Source: Planctomycetota bacterium (GTDB lineage: Bacteria; Planctomycetota; Phycisphaerae; Sedimentisphaerales; SM23-30). Taken from it: DNA of 32,709 nucleotides. This document shows, in pieces, positions 32,480-32,709 of this stretch. Location of the stretch: NCBI GenBank assembly GCA_022705365.1, contig JAKJEP010000004.1:1-32709 (forward strand), written 5' to 3'. The position numbers and the translations under genes are program-made. The stretch's first letter is position 1, and each line of letters begins with the position of its first letter. The notes under the pieces were generated by a model that had not been told where the DNA came from, did no database searches, and worked only from the letters and a program-made list of their open reading frames with translations.

Positions 32480-32709
32480 ATGATTGGGATCCTGCTGCTG
32501 GCAACCGTGAGCCATGCCGGAGCAGGGCTATATTATGTCAATGGCGGCACGGGAAACGATCTCTGGGATGGCAGTTCCCCCCTTTTTCAGAGCGGGACTA
32601 TCGGTCCCAAGGCCACCCTGCAAGCCGCGATGGATGCGGCGGGGGATCAGGATACCATACGGGTTGCCGACGGGAGCTATAGCGGCGCGGGCAATCGGGA
32701 TCTGTATTC
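32480..32709 (+). CDS. Secreted right-handed beta-helix (pectate-lyase-fold) protein; N-terminal fragment running off the right window edge
   Basis: This frame is not in the ORF track because it is open at the edge: MIGILLLATVSHAGAGLYYVNGGTGNDLWDGSSPLFQSGTIGPKATLQAAMDAAGDQDTIRVADGSYSGAGNRDLY. The YYV..G.GND..DG.S...P..T.Q.A.D.A...DTI.V..G.Y pattern is typical of beta-helix protein N-termini. In-frame alternative starts are GTG 32426 and TTG 32459. The track ORF 32425-32682 is in another frame and looks spurious. Confidence 0.5.
   Translation, partial: MIGILLLATVSHAGAGLYYVNGGTGNDLWDGSSPLFQSGTIGPKATLQAAMDAAGDQDTIRVADGSYSGAGNRDLY

Noticed and set aside
32425-32682. 85-aa + strand ORF from the track
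   Set aside because: The product is Gly/Arg/Cys-rich without features. A different frame from ATG 32480 gives a signal peptide and a beta-helix-type N-terminus and stays open to the window edge.

Overview
This 32.7-kb chromosomal segment is moderately GC-rich, gene-dense and ordinary in layout. I found no rRNA, tRNA, CRISPR array, transposase or integrase. The gene content suggests a Planctomycetota-like (PVC) genome; this is inference, since no search was possible. Supporting content: an ECF sigma factor next to a Ser/Thr kinase and FHA proteins, a DUF1080 lipoprotein, an LRR protein with a dockerin-like tail, and many lipoproteins.

Gene order, left to right:
1. A minus-strand operon encoding a PspA-like membrane coiled-coil protein, a TPR/FHA-like protein and a Hanks-type kinase (truncated at the left edge). 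It is divergent from an ECF sigma factor carrying a fused zinc-anti-sigma-like C-terminal domain.
2. A candidate structured small RNA.
3. A translationally coupled pair: an ADP-forming acyl-CoA synthetase and a CoA-transferase::Pat-type GNAT fusion.
4. A 577-nt intergenic region with two tandem copies of a conserved ~63-nt non-coding element, upstream of a coiled-coil lipoprotein.
5. An MsbA-like ABC exporter with a PDZ-like periplasmic insertion, a family-4 uracil-DNA glycosylase and an MBL hydrolase.
6. An orphan FHA-GAF-histidine kinase.
7. A minus-strand operon of DUF1080x2, Gfo/Idh/MocA and a xylose-isomerase-like TIM barrel.
8. A third copy of the non-coding element, in the long leader of an LRR protein gene.
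9. A glycan cluster: WbqC, a frameshifted ArnC-like GT2, a WecE-like aminotransferase, an ArnT/PMT-like GT-C membrane protein and rmlACDB.
10. A CPBP protease, a Wza-like exporter and the start of a secreted beta-helix protein.

The strongest leads are the repeated non-coding element, the Arn-like aminosugar transfer cassette with its frameshift, the sigma/anti-sigma fusion beside the kinase module, and the CoA-transferase::GNAT fusion. All family assignments rest on motifs I recognise by eye, not on database searches.
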